This document shows positions 18,821-30,454 of a stretch of 64,000 nucleotides of DNA, piece after piece. Made by a program: the position numbers and the translations under genes. Within the stretch, counting starts at the first letter, position 1, and the number at the start of each line of letters is the position of its first letter. Under the pieces are notes generated by a model, which made no database searches, was not told the DNA's origin, and saw nothing but the letters and a program-made list of their open reading frames with translations. The stretch is from Longimicrobiales bacterium (GTDB lineage Bacteria > Gemmatimonadota > Gemmatimonadetes > Longimicrobiales > Gaopeijiaceae), in the NCBI GenBank assembly GCA_965219445.1, contig CBDCNQ010000003.1, positions 446,098-510,097 on the forward strand, given 5' to 3'.

Positions 18821-19456
18821 TCAGCGGGGGGACACATCCGCCCACCCAGTCGATCCATTCTCACCTCGCTCGCCCCGCACAAATCGGTCTACAAAGAGGA
18901 TAGTGGCGATGCTCTTAGCGTCCACGATCCGCCCGTCTCGGACCATTTCCAGCGCCTCCGAGAAAGCAACTCTCACCACTTCCATGAACTCGTCGGGGTC
19001 TCGTGAGGGTTCCCCCGACTCCAGATTCGTCGCTACAAAGAGCCGGATCACCTCGTCCGTAAAGCCGGGGGTCGTATAGATACGTGTGAGCGGGGTCATG
19101 CTGGCAGCGCGCATTCCGGTTTCCTCTTCGAGCTCCCGATGCGCGCATTCCTCCCAGCTCTCCTCGGGCCCCTCCGGCAAGCCGGCCGGGATTTCGTAAA
19201 GATAGCCGGAGGAGGCGTACCGGTACTGCCGAACCAGAAGCACCTCCGGGTCCGGATCGAACAAGCCGCCCAAAAAGGGCAACACGGCTGAGGCGCCGGC
19301 ATGCCGGATCATCTCGACTTGGCCCTCACTTCCATCCGGGAACCGAACCGTGTCCACACTCAGCCGAATGACCCGACCTTCGTAAAGGGCCTCGCTGTCG
19401 ATCCGTTCAGGCGGGAGCGTGCTCAGGGAGCGGCCTCGACCGTAACCGGTCCCCAT
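18821..19456 (-). CDS. NUDIX hydrolase (ADP-ribose pyrophosphatase-like)
   Basis: VRQYRY, EIPAG...CAHRELEEETG, YTTPGFTDE, DAKS. Confidence 0.9.
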   Translation of the reverse strand: MGTGYGRGRSLSTLPPERIDSEALYEGRVIRLSVDTVRFPDGSEGQVEMIRHAGASAVLPFLGGLFDPDPEVLLVRQYRYASSGYLYEIPAGLPEGPEESWEECAHRELEEETGMRAASMTPLTRIYTTPGFTDEVIRLFVATNLESGEPSRDPDEFMEVVRVAFSEALEMVRDGRIVDAKSIATILFVDRFVRGERGENGSTGWADVSPR

Positions 19457-20784
19457 TCGAGTTTCTCCAGCGGTGCTTGGATCTCCCCGGCGTCTCCGCC
19501 GACCACGATGGTCATCTCGTCCGGGCGGATACAGCGGCGGGCCGCCTCTCGAGCCTCTTCGAGCGTCACGTTACGAATCCGATCTCGATAATCTCCATAG
19601 TAGTCATCCGGTAGATCGTAAATGAGGAGCTCCGCAATCCGCGCCGCGATCTGACCGGTCGTTTCCAGCTGGAGAGGGAAAACTCCCGCAAGGTAATCTC
19701 GAGCAGCGGACACCTCCTCTTCCGTCGGCCCCTCCGCCACAAGAGTCGTGATCTCGGCGACGGCCTCGCGAACCGCGTCCGCGGTCACGTCGGTGCCCAC
19801 CGCGGCGGAGACGCACCACGGTCCCGCTCCTCTCCGGACGAGGAAGCGAGAACGAACGCCATACGTAAAGCCATGCTCCTCGCGGAGGTTGAGATTGAGT
19901 CGGCTCGTAAACGCACCGCCGAGAACGGTATTGAGTACTCTGAGCGGGAAATAATACGGTGTGGATCGGGCCTGTCCCACGTGACCGATACGGATTTCGG
20001 ATTGAACCGCATCCTCGCGGTCGACAACCACGATGCCCCGCTCGTGAGACCTGGGTTCAGCGTCGATCGGGGGTTGGAGTTCAGCCCCACCCGTCCATGC
20101 ACCAAAGTGTGTCTCCCCGAGTGTGCGCACCTGACCGGCATCGACATCGCCTACGACGACCAACCCGGACCCTTTAGGTCGATACCGGGCCTCCACAAAC
20201 CCTGCGGCGGCATCCGGATTGAACGGACCCACCGACTCCACCGTTCCTCCCAGCGGGCGCCCATACGGAACCCCCTCCGCGTAGGTGAGACGGCGTGACA
20301 CGGTGGTAGCGATCCCGACCGGATCCATCTCCCTCTGGCGGATCGCCGCCAAACGTTGACCTCGGATCCGTTCCACCTCGTCGTCCGAGAAGGCGGGCTC
20401 AGTGAGTACTTCCGCGAGAAGCCCCATCGCATCATCCAGCCGGTCCGCCATGCACGACAGCGAAACGGTCGTGGAATCCCACCCGGTCCCGATGGAGAGC
20501 CCGGCTCCAATCGTCTCCAGCGCATCGGCCAGCTCCACCCCGCTCCGTTTCGCCGTACCACCCTCTAGGCAGTCCCCCGTCAGAACCGCGAGGCCGGCCC
20601 GGCTATTGTCGAGCATTCCCTCTCCGGCGTCCAAGACCACCATGGCCGCTACGATGGGTAGGCGAGCGACTTGCACGGAATGGATGCGAAGACCGTTATC
20701 CAACACCTCGACATGGACCGGCGGAAAATCGAAGCTTCGAACGGGCCCAGCAGGCGGCACCACGGATCGGGATGGTCCGCTCAC
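19423..20784 (-). CDS. M16 peptidase, non-catalytic subunit
   Basis: LDNGL, LGGAFTSRLNLNLREEHGFTYG; no HXXEH motif. Confidence 0.88.
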   Translation of the reverse strand: MSGPSRSVVPPAGPVRSFDFPPVHVEVLDNGLRIHSVQVARLPIVAAMVVLDAGEGMLDNSRAGLAVLTGDCLEGGTAKRSGVELADALETIGAGLSIGTGWDSTTVSLSCMADRLDDAMGLLAEVLTEPAFSDDEVERIRGQRLAAIRQREMDPVGIATTVSRRLTYAEGVPYGRPLGGTVESVGPFNPDAAAGFVEARYRPKGSGLVVVGDVDAGQVRTLGETHFGAWTGGAELQPPIDAEPRSHERGIVVVDREDAVQSEIRIGHVGQARSTPYYFPLRVLNTVLGGAFTSRLNLNLREEHGFTYGVRSRFLVRRGAGPWCVSAAVGTDVTADAVREAVAEITTLVAEGPTEEEVSAARDYLAGVFPLQLETTGQIAARIAELLIYDLPDDYYGDYRDRIRNVTLEEAREAARRCIRPDEMTIVVGGDAGEIQAPLEKLEWGPVTVEAAP

Positions 20785-22073
20785 GACCCGCTCGGTGTCG
20801 GCGTTGTCGCTTTCTCAGGTACATACGTCAGGACCGCCCGATTATCGGCGCCGAGAAAACGCTCCGTAAACGTCGACACATCCCCAGGTGTCACCGCGCG
20901 AAGACGTTCGAGTTCGCCGTTCAACCGCTCGGGGTCATCGAAGAGTTGATCGAACATCGACACCAGGTCAGCCCGTTCCCCCACCTGCTCAATCTGCCGT
21001 ACGAGGGCAGTCTCCGTGAGCGCGACAGCCCGCTGGATCTCTATGTCGGTCACGGACGTGAGTCCTTCCATCTCTGCGACCAGGGCCGCCTCGAGCTCCT
21101 CCGGATCTCCCCCTGAAAGGCCGGTCGCCCATGCGAGCAACATCCCGGCACCGGAGGTGAGTGGAAGAACGAAACTCATGACGTCCTTGGCCAGACGCCG
21201 CTCACGAACCAGAGAACGGTAAAGCCGGGACGACCGTCCGGTCCCGAGCACGGACCCCGCGACGTCAGCTGCATAGAAATCCCGGTCGGTATAAGCGGGA
21301 ACGCGGCAGGCTATGAGAACGCGGGGGAGAGGAACCTCGGCTTCGACGCGCTCTCGCACCGTCACGCCGATGATAGGATCGAGATTCGGATCCCCCGGAA
21401 CCGCTGGGATCTCGCCACCCGGTGCGATTCCCCCGAAGTGACGCTCGACGAGGTCCAGGGCTTCATCTCGACTGAAGTCCCCACACACGGTCAGAACCGC
21501 ATTGTTGGGTACATAGTACGTCTGGAAAAACTCTGCGACATCGTCGAGGGTGGCGGCCTCGATGTCCGCCATTGATCCAATCACGGTGTGGTGGTAGGGG
21601 TGGGACTCTGGAAATACCATTGCCTGAATCCACTCGTCCCAGTCGCCATATGGCTGGTTGTCATAGCGCTGCCGTCTCTCGTTCATCACGACGTCGCGTT
21701 GATTATCGAGTTTCTCTTGGGTCATCGCTGGAAGCATCCACCCCATGCGGTCGGACTCGAGCCACAGCGCGAGCTCCAAGTGATGCGAGGGGACGGTCTC
21801 GAAGTAGTTGGTCCGGTCGAACCAGGTGGTCGCGTTGAGTGAGCCTCCTGCCCTTTCGATCAACTCGAAGTGCCGGTTCTTGGGCACGTGCTCCGAGCCC
21901 TGGAACATCATGTGCTCGAACAGGTGAGCGAATCCGGTTTTGCTCTCACGCTCGTTTCGGGATCCCACACCATACCAGAGGTTGACGGCGACGACCGGAG
22001 TCGTGTCATCGTGGGAAAGGTTCACCCGGAGGCCGTTATCCAGCTTGAAACGCTCGATGGGGATGGACAGCAT
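20781..22073 (-). CDS. M16 zinc peptidase, catalytic subunit
   Basis: GFAHLFEHMMFQGS, NATTWFDRTNYFE, VVMNERRQR. Confidence 0.92.
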   Translation of the reverse strand: MLSIPIERFKLDNGLRVNLSHDDTTPVVAVNLWYGVGSRNERESKTGFAHLFEHMMFQGSEHVPKNRHFELIERAGGSLNATTWFDRTNYFETVPSHHLELALWLESDRMGWMLPAMTQEKLDNQRDVVMNERRQRYDNQPYGDWDEWIQAMVFPESHPYHHTVIGSMADIEAATLDDVAEFFQTYYVPNNAVLTVCGDFSRDEALDLVERHFGGIAPGGEIPAVPGDPNLDPIIGVTVRERVEAEVPLPRVLIACRVPAYTDRDFYAADVAGSVLGTGRSSRLYRSLVRERRLAKDVMSFVLPLTSGAGMLLAWATGLSGGDPEELEAALVAEMEGLTSVTDIEIQRAVALTETALVRQIEQVGERADLVSMFDQLFDDPERLNGELERLRAVTPGDVSTFTERFLGADNRAVLTYVPEKATTPTPSGS

Positions 22074-22235
22074 GGTACTCACAAATGGCGGGGGCACGGG
22101 CCGGACCTACGGCGTGATCGCGCGTGCAAGTTAACGGACTCGGAGGGTGGCGCTACTCATGAGCACGGCGTTTGCAGGGAACGGCGAGGCTCCGCTTCAG
22201 CTGAAGAAGTTGTCCTGGGGAGGCCGGTCCGGCGC

Positions 22236-23078
22236 TCATGGGCGGGTCATGAGACGCTCACGAAACGCACTCGAAACAACCTCTTCGCCGAGGAACGCCC
22301 TCGACGGTGCGGACCCCTCCTCCACACGGTCGAAGACGGCGTCTACCATGGGCAGGTCGCCGGCCATCGCTCTCAAACGGGCCCGTTCGACCATCTCGTA
22401 CGCCCGATCGGGTTCGTTACACGCGGCGGCGGCCAGCGACGCCACCAGCGCGACTTCCACGTCCTCCGGCCGGAGATCCGCCGCATGGAGTAGATCCGCG
22501 AGGGCGTCGTCAGTGCGGCCTAGCATCACCAGCGTCAGGCCCACCAGGGCTCGGGCCCAGCCGTCCTCCGGATCCGCCTCGCAAGCCTGGTAGAAGGCGT
22601 CGACGGCCTCGTCCAAGCGACCGGCCAAAGCGAGCGCCACACCCCACTCCGTCAACGTCTCCGGATCCTCCGGCGCCAACGCGATGGCTGCTTCGATCTC
22701 TTCGAGGGCCTCTTTGCTCATCCCCTCGCGTGCGAGATACGCGCCATACATGGTTCGGGCGTATGCCAGGTCCGGGTCCATCAGGGTCGCCGTCCGTAAA
22801 ATCGACTCGGCCTCGGGGTCGTCGAAGCGGGCCAGCCCGTTCCCCGCTATGGCCAGGATGTGCGGGTCAGTCGGCTCGGTCGTCAGACAGGCTCGGAAGC
22901 GCTCGTAGGCGACCCCCTCCATGCCCATTTCACGCTCGGCCACCCCCAGCCAGCCCAGGACGGACGAATCCTCCGGGGAATCCTTTAGCAATGCTCGTAA
23001 ATGTTCGGCCATGGCTGGCCAATCCCCCTCATCGCCGAGCTGGAGGGCTCGCTCTAGATCTGCCTCCGATGAGTTCAT
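22236..23078 (-). CDS. Tetratricopeptide repeat protein
   Basis: Multiple TPR-like units (LGWLGVA, YGAYLA, WGVALA, VGLTLV). Confidence 0.75.
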   Translation of the reverse strand: MNSSEADLERALQLGDEGDWPAMAEHLRALLKDSPEDSSVLGWLGVAEREMGMEGVAYERFRACLTTEPTDPHILAIAGNGLARFDDPEAESILRTATLMDPDLAYARTMYGAYLAREGMSKEALEEIEAAIALAPEDPETLTEWGVALALAGRLDEAVDAFYQACEADPEDGWARALVGLTLVMLGRTDDALADLLHAADLRPEDVEVALVASLAAAACNEPDRAYEMVERARLRAMAGDLPMVDAVFDRVEEGSAPSRAFLGEEVVSSAFRERLMTRP

Positions 23079-23108
23079 TCCAGCCCCTCCGTCGCTACAG
23101 ACCGCCCA

Positions 23109-24329
23109 TCATGCCCCGTACTTGTCGAGGCGGGCGGCATGGGCGAGGGCCAAGGACATCAGATCCTTGCTCGGCACGACCCCGAGGTCCCCCCTCCGAC
23201 AGGACGACTCCCCGAACACTTCCGCCGAAGGTCGTGCCCAGCTTGAAGCGACCAGCGTCGGAACATGGTGCCACGTGTGCTCACCGTAGAGCGCCGGCGA
23301 GGAGTGGTCCCCAGTAACGATGAGCACGTCGGCACCGAGTTCCATGATCCGGGGGAGCAAGGCATCCACCTCTTCGATGGCGCTGACCTTCCCCTCGAAA
23401 TCACGGTCATGGGCCCGGGAGTCCGTGTCCTTGAAGTGGATGAAGTAGAAGTCGTAGCTGCCAAAGTGCTGCTCAAGCATCACGACGGTGCCTTCGTTCG
23501 AGTCAGGCACGCCGTCGACGGTCATGCCCACCAAGCTCGCCACGCCGCGATACATAGGGTACTTCGCAACGGCGACGGCCCGGAGGTCGTACCGCGTCTC
23601 GAAGGTGGGGTACGGTGTGAATCCGGCGAACCCGCGTGCGAGGAAGGAATTGGCCTGGGGCTCATCCACGAGGATCTCGCCAACCTGGTCGAGCACGTCC
23701 TGCACGATGGCGGCAGTCTTCTTGGACGCCGGATCCGCCCCGGTGGCCGCCGCTCGAAGGGGCGGGAGGCCTGTTCGCTGCGGATCGGTGTCGGAGATAC
23801 CAGCACCGAGACCCTCACTCCGGAGCACCAGGACCGCACGGTGCTCCTTTTCGTGAATGAGGGTCACTTCGACCCCTTGGGGAGTTCGAAGGCCGTCCCG
23901 GACCACCTCGATCACGCGCCGCCCGTCCTCGTCCGACGGACGCCCGGCCCGGCGATCCGTCACGACTCCATCGTGGTCGACGGTAGCGATGTTGAGACGG
24001 GCGGCAACGTCCCCTGGCTGCAGCTCGAACCCGACCCCAAGCGCGCTGAGTACGCCCCTCCCGATCATGGATTCAATGGGATCGTACCCGAAGAGCGCGA
24101 GGTGTCCCGGCCCGCTTCCCGATGTGATTCCGTGCCCGACCGGAGCTAGCATGCCCAGGGAACTCCGTGCGGCGAGGGCGTCGAGGTGGGGGGTCTCGGC
24201 AGATTCCAACTCGGTTCGGCCGGTGTCCGGATGCGGCAAGCCGCCCAGACCGTCCATGACAAGCATGATGATCGTTCCGCCACCAGCGCCGTGGACAGCG
24301 AGGTCGTCGGGGAGCGAGACGTGGGACAT
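23109..24329 (-). CDS. apgM: Cofactor-independent phosphoglycerate mutase, ApgM type
   Basis: MDGLGG, TELESAETPHLD, GSGPGHLALFGYDP, TDSRAHD, TGDHSSP. Confidence 0.88.
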   Translation of the reverse strand: MSHVSLPDDLAVHGAGGGTIIMLVMDGLGGLPHPDTGRTELESAETPHLDALAARSSLGMLAPVGHGITSGSGPGHLALFGYDPIESMIGRGVLSALGVGFELQPGDVAARLNIATVDHDGVVTDRRAGRPSDEDGRRVIEVVRDGLRTPQGVEVTLIHEKEHRAVLVLRSEGLGAGISDTDPQRTGLPPLRAAATGADPASKKTAAIVQDVLDQVGEILVDEPQANSFLARGFAGFTPYPTFETRYDLRAVAVAKYPMYRGVASLVGMTVDGVPDSNEGTVVMLEQHFGSYDFYFIHFKDTDSRAHDRDFEGKVSAIEEVDALLPRIMELGADVLIVTGDHSSPALYGEHTWHHVPTLVASSWARPSAEVFGESSCRRGDLGVVPSKDLMSLALAHAARLDKYGA

Positions 24330-24476
24330 GACTTCATCCTGAGAAGTTTGTGAAGAGCCATCCTTCCGCGGAAAACATAGCGAGACCTTGGAGCCGATAC
24401 GATCCTTCAGGGTACCGCCTCTCTACGGCTTCGACTCACCCCTTACTCAGCCGGCAGACACCAGGAGGATCTGTAG

Positions 24477-25613
24477 GTGAAGTACCAACCCTTCGTAATG
24501 GAAAGATGGCAATCCACGTATGAGCACCGGGTTCGCTTCAACCTCTCGGAGAGTGGCGTACACCCACTTTCGGTCACCGAATTGCTTACGCTGGCGGACG
24601 TGGAAGCGGACGCACTCGACGTCCGCCTCGGATATGGCCAGACCAACGGCAGCGATGAGCTTCGAAATCTGATCGCACATCTCTATCCCGGCGCGACCGA
24701 CGCGTCAGTGCTCGTGACCGCCGGTGGAGCCGAGGCCAACTTCACGGCGTTTTGGGAACTGATGCAGCCCGAGTCCTCAGTCGCGGTCATGCTTCCCAAC
24801 TACATGCAGGTTCCAGGGCTACTCGAGAGCTTCGGGGCACGTATCCACCCGTTCCACTTGGTGGAAGAGAACGGCTGGCAACCCGACCTGAACGAGTTGG
24901 AGAAGGGCCTGAAGGAGGGCGCGCGCTTCATTCTGATCACCAATCCGAACAACCCCACGGGAGCCGTCCTCGATGACGTTTCCATGTCCGGGATTGTCGA
25001 CCTTGCCAACCGACACGGGGCATGGATTCTCTCCGATGAGGTCTACCAAGGCGCCGAGCTCGAAGGTCCTGAGACTTCCTCGTTCTGGGGCCTTCACGAT
25101 CGGGTCCTTATTACGAACTCGTTGTCAAAAGCCTATGGATTGCCTGGGCTTCGGATCGGCTGGGTGGTTGGGCCCTCCGAAACGATGGAGGCCCTGTGGG
25201 GCCGCAAGGATTACACGACAATCGTCCCCGCGAGCCTTTCGGACACGCTGGCCCGCGTGGCGCTGGAGGCCGATACCAGGTCCATGATTCTGGCGCGAAC
25301 ACGAAAAATTCTGACCGAGAATTTCGCCCTGTTGTCGAATTGGATGGATGGTCAGCAAGGCCGGTTCAGCTATCGGCCTCCCGACGCAGGCGCGATCTGC
25401 TACACGCGCTATCGCCCATCGATCAACTCCACCGAATTCGCAGAAGTCCTTCGCACAGAGAGGGACCTACTCGTGGTTCCCGGGGATCACTTCGGAATGG
25501 ACAATTACTTGCGACTGGGCTACGGCCCCCCGGCAACCGAACTGGAGCAGGCCCTGGAACGCATGACCACCGCGTTCGACGCCGTCGAGCACCCATCGAG
25601 GAGTATGACGTGA
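24477..25613 (+). CDS. PLP-dependent aminotransferase class I/II
   Basis: NLSESGV, NPNNPTG, DEVY, SLSKAYGLPGLRIGW. Confidence 0.9.
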   Translation: MKYQPFVMERWQSTYEHRVRFNLSESGVHPLSVTELLTLADVEADALDVRLGYGQTNGSDELRNLIAHLYPGATDASVLVTAGGAEANFTAFWELMQPESSVAVMLPNYMQVPGLLESFGARIHPFHLVEENGWQPDLNELEKGLKEGARFILITNPNNPTGAVLDDVSMSGIVDLANRHGAWILSDEVYQGAELEGPETSSFWGLHDRVLITNSLSKAYGLPGLRIGWVVGPSETMEALWGRKDYTTIVPASLSDTLARVALEADTRSMILARTRKILTENFALLSNWMDGQQGRFSYRPPDAGAICYTRYRPSINSTEFAEVLRTERDLLVVPGDHFGMDNYLRLGYGPPATELEQALERMTTAFDAVEHPSRSMT

Positions 25614-27103
25614 GCCAGATCGATCCGGTTCACGACCTGGTGCTCCTGGTCCGTTCGGGACACCAGTTGCTTCACCTCGACACAGGAGAGGAGGAGCGGG
25701 CCTCCGCGCTCCTCCTCCACGTTGCGGACCGACTAGATCTGCCGCTATTCACCTGGACTCGTGTCCGGGGGCTGGGCAGAGTGGACCTCCCGGGAGCGGT
25801 GTACGACACCGAGCATCCCGCGAAGGCCTTTCGCCATGTCGCGGCATCGGACCAGCCCGGGCTATACGTCTTCAAGGATCTCGCGCCCCACCTGGACCAA
25901 GACGCTGTCCTGGCCGCTCAGATGAAGGAAGCCGCGGAGGTGCTTCGACGTGTCGGTGGAGCGATGATCGTGACTGGGCGAGGTGTTCCCTTCCCCGACG
26001 CGGTGGATCCGATGGTGACCGTCGTCACGATGCCGGGGCCAACGCCCGAGGAATACCAGAACCTGCTCTCCCAGATCGTCCGGGACGTGACTAAACGCCA
26101 GCACGTCGACATGGCGCTGAGCAAGGAGGAAATCACACTTTTGGTTCGGCACCTGGCTGGGCTCACACTCATGGAATCGGAGAAGATCCTAACCAAAGCG
26201 ATCATCGAGGACGGAAAGCTCGCGGTAGAGGACATCCGCCACGTCATCGAAGCGAAGGTTGCCGTTGTCGAGAAAGACGGTCTGCTGGAGTATTACCCAG
26301 TGGAGGCGGCACTCTCGAACATTGCAGACCTCCGCAGCTTGAAGGCGTGGCTGGCGAAGCGGAAGGCCGTCGTCACGCAACCACAGCGAGCAGAGGAGTT
26401 TGGCCTGAGCTTTCCCCGCGGCATGCTCCTCCTGGGGGTGCCCGGTTGCGGAAAAAGCCTTTCAGCCAAGGCTGTGGCAGCCGAGTGGCAAATGCCGCTT
26501 CTCAAGCTCGACCCCTCGAATCTCTACAACAAGTACATCGGAGAGAGTGAGCGGAACTTCAAACGAGCCATGCGTACCGCCGAACAGATTGCTCCGGTGG
26601 TTCTCTGGATCGACGAGTTGGAGAAAGCGTTCGCGGCGGGGGGAAGCGAGGACGGCGGCGTCTCTCAACGAATCCTGGGAAGCTTTCTCACGTGGATGCA
26701 GGACCGCGCCGGCGAAGTGTTCGTCGTGGCCACCGCCAACAACATCAGTCGGCTACCTGCCGAGTTTCTACGGAAGGGTCGCTTCGACGAGATTTTCTTC
26801 GTCGATCTCCCGAATGCGGCCACACGGGCGGAGATCTTTCAAATCCACCTGGAAAACCGCGGTAAGGACAGTGCGGCGTTCGACCTGGAGCAACTCAGTA
26901 CCGCCACGCCTGGGTTCAGCGGCTCGGAGATCGAAGAGGTGGTGGTGTCCAGCCTGTACTCTGCATTTTCCGAGACCGGGGCGATCACGACCGAATCCCT
27001 GTTGAACGAGGCCGCCGGAACCGTGCCACTCTCGGTGACCCGAGCAGAGTACGTCGATGAGCTACGCTCGTGGGCCAGGGAAAGAGCCAGACCGGCTAAC
27101 TAG
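25610..27103 (+). CDS. AAA+ ATPase (Ycf46-like)
   Basis: GTG start overlaps the upstream stop; [35 protein letters not shown]. Confidence 0.88.
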   Translation: MSQIDPVHDLVLLVRSGHQLLHLDTGEEERASALLLHVADRLDLPLFTWTRVRGLGRVDLPGAVYDTEHPAKAFRHVAASDQPGLYVFKDLAPHLDQDAVLAAQMKEAAEVLRRVGGAMIVTGRGVPFPDAVDPMVTVVTMPGPTPEEYQNLLSQIVRDVTKRQHVDMALSKEEITLLVRHLAGLTLMESEKILTKAIIEDGKLAVEDIRHVIEAKVAVVEKDGLLEYYPVEAALSNIADLRSLKAWLAKRKAVVTQPQRAEEFGLSFPRGMLLLGVPGCGKSLSAKAVAAEWQMPLLKLDPSNLYNKYIGESERNFKRAMRTAEQIAPVVLWIDELEKAFAAGGSEDGGVSQRILGSFLTWMQDRAGEVFVVATANNISRLPAEFLRKGRFDEIFFVDLPNAATRAEIFQIHLENRGKDSAAFDLEQLSTATPGFSGSEIEEVVVSSLYSAFSETGAITTESLLNEAAGTVPLSVTRAEYVDELRSWARERARPAN

Positions 27104-27761
27104 ACACGGGCTCGATGCAGGCCGGTACGTCGTTCGCCGGCGAGTTTACGAGCGTCGACACCGGATACGCCTCCAGGACACCCTTATACGGGTTGAGGAG
27201 GCTCAGCGCATCCGCGGTCGGTGTTTCGGTGTCGAGCCAGGCTTTCCGGTCGGCCATAGGCACAATGGCAGGCATTCGATGGTGGAGATGCCGGATCGCC
27301 TCGTTGGCGTCGACCGTGATGATGGCCATCGAATAGACCGGCTCCGATCCTCGAGGATGCCAGCGCTCCCATATACCAGCCACCGCCATCGGCTCACGGT
27401 CTGGAGAGTGAATCCAATACGGTACCTTGTGGTCACCCTCCTTCGCCCATTCGTAGAATCCGTCGGCGGGGACCAAGCAACGCCGCGCAACGGCCGCCTC
27501 CTTGAAGGAGGGCTTGTCTAACAAGCTCTCGGCTCTGGCGTTGATCATCGGCGAACCGGTGGCGGGAGGGTCGGCCCAGGCGGGCACGAGACCCCAGCGT
27601 AGTAATCCCAGCCTGGTGCCGCGCCTGTCGGAGGCAACGACCGGCACATCCTGTGAGGGGGCGATGTTGTAGCGTGCGCGGTAGTCGAACGTCACGGGGG
27701 GCACGTCGAAGACCTCGACGAGGTGGTCCTCCGGCGTGGCCAGACTATACCGACCGCACAT
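27096..27761 (-). CDS. SOS response-associated peptidase (SRAP/YedK)
   Basis: MCGRY N-terminus, RWGLVP, INARAE, GFYEW, HHRMP. Confidence 0.93.
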   Translation of the reverse strand: MCGRYSLATPEDHLVEVFDVPPVTFDYRARYNIAPSQDVPVVASDRRGTRLGLLRWGLVPAWADPPATGSPMINARAESLLDKPSFKEAAVARRCLVPADGFYEWAKEGDHKVPYWIHSPDREPMAVAGIWERWHPRGSEPVYSMAIITVDANEAIRHLHHRMPAIVPMADRKAWLDTETPTADALSLLNPYKGVLEAYPVSTLVNSPANDVPACIEPVSS

Positions 27762-27827
27762 GCTCGAACTCGGCCATCTGCCTCACGATTCGGGGACTGG
27801 AAGGACGCTGTACTTCTTCAACTGCCT

Positions 27828-29771
27828 TCAGCCCTTGGTTGACTCATCCGTCAACTGTCTTTCCAGTAATTCGTAGGCGATCGGCATGAAGTCCGCCTCG
27901 GTCACGAGACCCACAAGCTTTTCACCCTTCAGCACGGGCAGACAGGACACACCCTTCGTCCGCATCAGGTCGATGGCCTCGAGCGTGGATGTCTCGGGCG
28001 CGACGATCACGGGATCCCTCTCCATGATCGTCTTCACCGGAGTGGTTCTCTTGTCCCCCTCGCTCCCCATATCGGAGACCATGCGTAGGATGGACCGGTA
28101 CGATACGAGACCGACCAGCCGATGCTGATCATCCTCCACAGGCACGTGTTGGATCTGGTTCCGCTCCATCAAGAATGCCACCATTTCGAGCAATTCATCC
28201 TCCTGCACGGTGAAGAGCTGGGTCGTCATGTAGTGCTCCACCTTCACATAGTTCCGGGTCCAACCACCCGCCTCCTCCAGCCGGGCCAATGTCCACTCAT
28301 GGCAGGGCTTTCGCCCCATCTGCCGGCTAGCGATCGCGGCCGTAAGTGCCGTCATTCGTTCAGAGCGGGTGCCCCTTTCCTCCATCTCCGACAGCGAGCG
28401 CATCATCCAATCGGAGCCGGTGCCACAACTCGCCACCCGATCGTGAATGACACCGAGATACTTGTCGATTTCGGTCCGATCGATATGTGCCTCCAGACCC
28501 GCCCGGGCCAGCGGAATCAGAGTCTCGAGGATCAGTTCTGGCGCGCTCACCCGCTGCCCATCAACCCAGTGAAATCCGGCGTTGAGGCCCTGGCGCGCAG
28601 CGGTAAGAAAGTTGTACTTCACGTCGTCGAAGCTCAGCCTCTTCGTGATGTCCCCGAAATCGCCGTGCGTGCCGAGGACCAAGCCGATCCAGAACGCTGC
28701 ATTTGCGACCTCGTCGAGCACTGTCGGGCCCGCAGGCAGCGCACGGCACTCGATGCGCAGATGCGGTTTCCCCTCTGAAATTCCATAGCAGGCCCGGTTC
28801 CACCGATACACCGTGCCATTGTGCAACTGGAGCGCCTGTAGGCGAGGCATATCCCCGACTGCCAATTGCTCGAAGGGATCCTCCACCGTCTCCTGAGACA
28901 ACAACACCCTGAACTGGGCAATGTCCTCCTCGAACAGCTCCGTCACTGACTCCTTCACCCACCGGTCACCGAACCGAACCCGGGAGCTGAACTCACGAAG
29001 ATGAACTGAAGTGCTTCGCGTATCGAGGGATTGGCGAAAGAGGGCAATCCGAGTCTCGGCCCAGAGACGCTTGCCGAACAGGATGGGCGAGTTCACGGCG
29101 GCTGCCAAGACCGGGCCGGTCATCGCCTGGGCAATGTTGTACATCGCCGCGAACTCAGCTGCGTCGACCTGAAGGTGGACCTGACAACTGCTGTTGCACG
29201 CCTCCAGCATCACGGAATCATGTTCGATCTGGAGTTCGTCATGCCCCTCGAGTTGGAGCCTGTACACCCCCCCTCGCATTCTCGTCAGCCTCTCGTTCAG
29301 GGCATAATACCGCGGGATTGGAGTGATGTTGTCGAGCGTGAGGTCGGACTTACCGAGCGTCGGGAGGATCCCCGCGAGCACCACGTGGGCGTCAACCCCG
29401 CTCGCGGCCTCACGTACCATGTCCAAGAGTTCCTCGATGTTGACCTGGAGTGCGCTAAAGCAACCCTCGCCAAGCATCATGGGTTCGATATTCATCTCGA
29501 GGTTGAAGCGCGCCAACTCCGTGGTGAACGCCTCTCCGTCGAGCCGGTCGAGGACTTCCATGGCGACCGGTGCGGGGCGCCAAGCATGGTTGACCAGGAA
29601 CATCTCCTGCTCGCAGCCAAAGCGCCGGACACCGGACTCGATCAGACCCTCCTCCAACATTCGTTCGAGGGCTTGAAGGTCTTTTAGAAGTGCCTTTGTA
29701 AAGATTCGGACCGAGCCCTCCCCCATCTCGGAAGCGACTGCCTGATTCTTCGGAGTCGGCTGCGGCGTCAT
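27828..29771 (-). CDS. Glutamate--cysteine ligase family 2 protein fused to a CBS pair
   Basis: [41 protein letters not shown]-terminal CBS domains. Confidence 0.82.
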   Translation of the reverse strand: MTPQPTPKNQAVASEMGEGSVRIFTKALLKDLQALERMLEEGLIESGVRRFGCEQEMFLVNHAWRPAPVAMEVLDRLDGEAFTTELARFNLEMNIEPMMLGEGCFSALQVNIEELLDMVREAASGVDAHVVLAGILPTLGKSDLTLDNITPIPRYYALNERLTRMRGGVYRLQLEGHDELQIEHDSVMLEACNSSCQVHLQVDAAEFAAMYNIAQAMTGPVLAAAVNSPILFGKRLWAETRIALFRQSLDTRSTSVHLREFSSRVRFGDRWVKESVTELFEEDIAQFRVLLSQETVEDPFEQLAVGDMPRLQALQLHNGTVYRWNRACYGISEGKPHLRIECRALPAGPTVLDEVANAAFWIGLVLGTHGDFGDITKRLSFDDVKYNFLTAARQGLNAGFHWVDGQRVSAPELILETLIPLARAGLEAHIDRTEIDKYLGVIHDRVASCGTGSDWMMRSLSEMEERGTRSERMTALTAAIASRQMGRKPCHEWTLARLEEAGGWTRNYVKVEHYMTTQLFTVQEDELLEMVAFLMERNQIQHVPVEDDQHRLVGLVSYRSILRMVSDMGSEGDKRTTPVKTIMERDPVIVAPETSTLEAIDLMRTKGVSCLPVLKGEKLVGLVTEADFMPIAYELLERQLTDESTKG

Positions 29772-30454
29772 TCGATAAACGTCGCGATTTCCTCCAACGA
29801 CTTCCTCCGGAGCTCCGGCACAGTTGCGTCGGGCGCGGGATAACCCACGACTAGGATCAGAAAGGGTCGCTCATTCTCCGGTCGTCCGAGTATCTCATTG
29901 AGGAACCCCATGGGCGAGGGCGTATGCGTCAAGGAGACGAGGCCTGCTTGGTGGATGGCGGTGATCAGCATCCCGGTAGCGATCCCCACGGATTCAGTCA
30001 CGTAATAGTTCTTACTCTTATCGCCGCTCTCTTCGACCGCATAGCTCTCTCCGAAAACGACAATCAGATATGGGGCGCTTTCTAGAAACGGCTTCCTGTC
30101 ATCGGTTTGGAGGGGCGCCAGAGCCTCCAACCAATCTTCGGGGGCACGGCCCCCATAGAACGCTTTCTCCTCCTCCTCGGCGGCCACGCGGATCGCCCGC
30201 TTGATCTCCGGAGCGGACACGACCACGAAGCGCCATGGTTGCCGGTGGGCTCCGTTTGGCGCGGTTCCAGCGGCGAGTACGCACATCTCGATGATGTCTC
30301 GAGGCACCGGACGGTCGGAAAAATCGCGCACCGTACGTCGGCGCTGGGCCTCGTTCAGAAACGTGCTTGCACGCTCCCTCATTTCATCCGCGGGAAGCTC
30401 GACGTAACCGGACAACGGAACGAGTCCCGAGCGTGTTTCCATCTCCTGGGTCAC
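29768..30454 (-). CDS. Iodotyrosine deiodinase-like nitroreductase
   Basis: [42 protein letters not shown]. Confidence 0.85.
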   Translation of the reverse strand: MTQEMETRSGLVPLSGYVELPADEMRERASTFLNEAQRRRTVRDFSDRPVPRDIIEMCVLAAGTAPNGAHRQPWRFVVVSAPEIKRAIRVAAEEEEKAFYGGRAPEDWLEALAPLQTDDRKPFLESAPYLIVVFGESYAVEESGDKSKNYYVTESVGIATGMLITAIHQAGLVSLTHTPSPMGFLNEILGRPENERPFLILVVGYPAPDATVPELRRKSLEEIATFIE

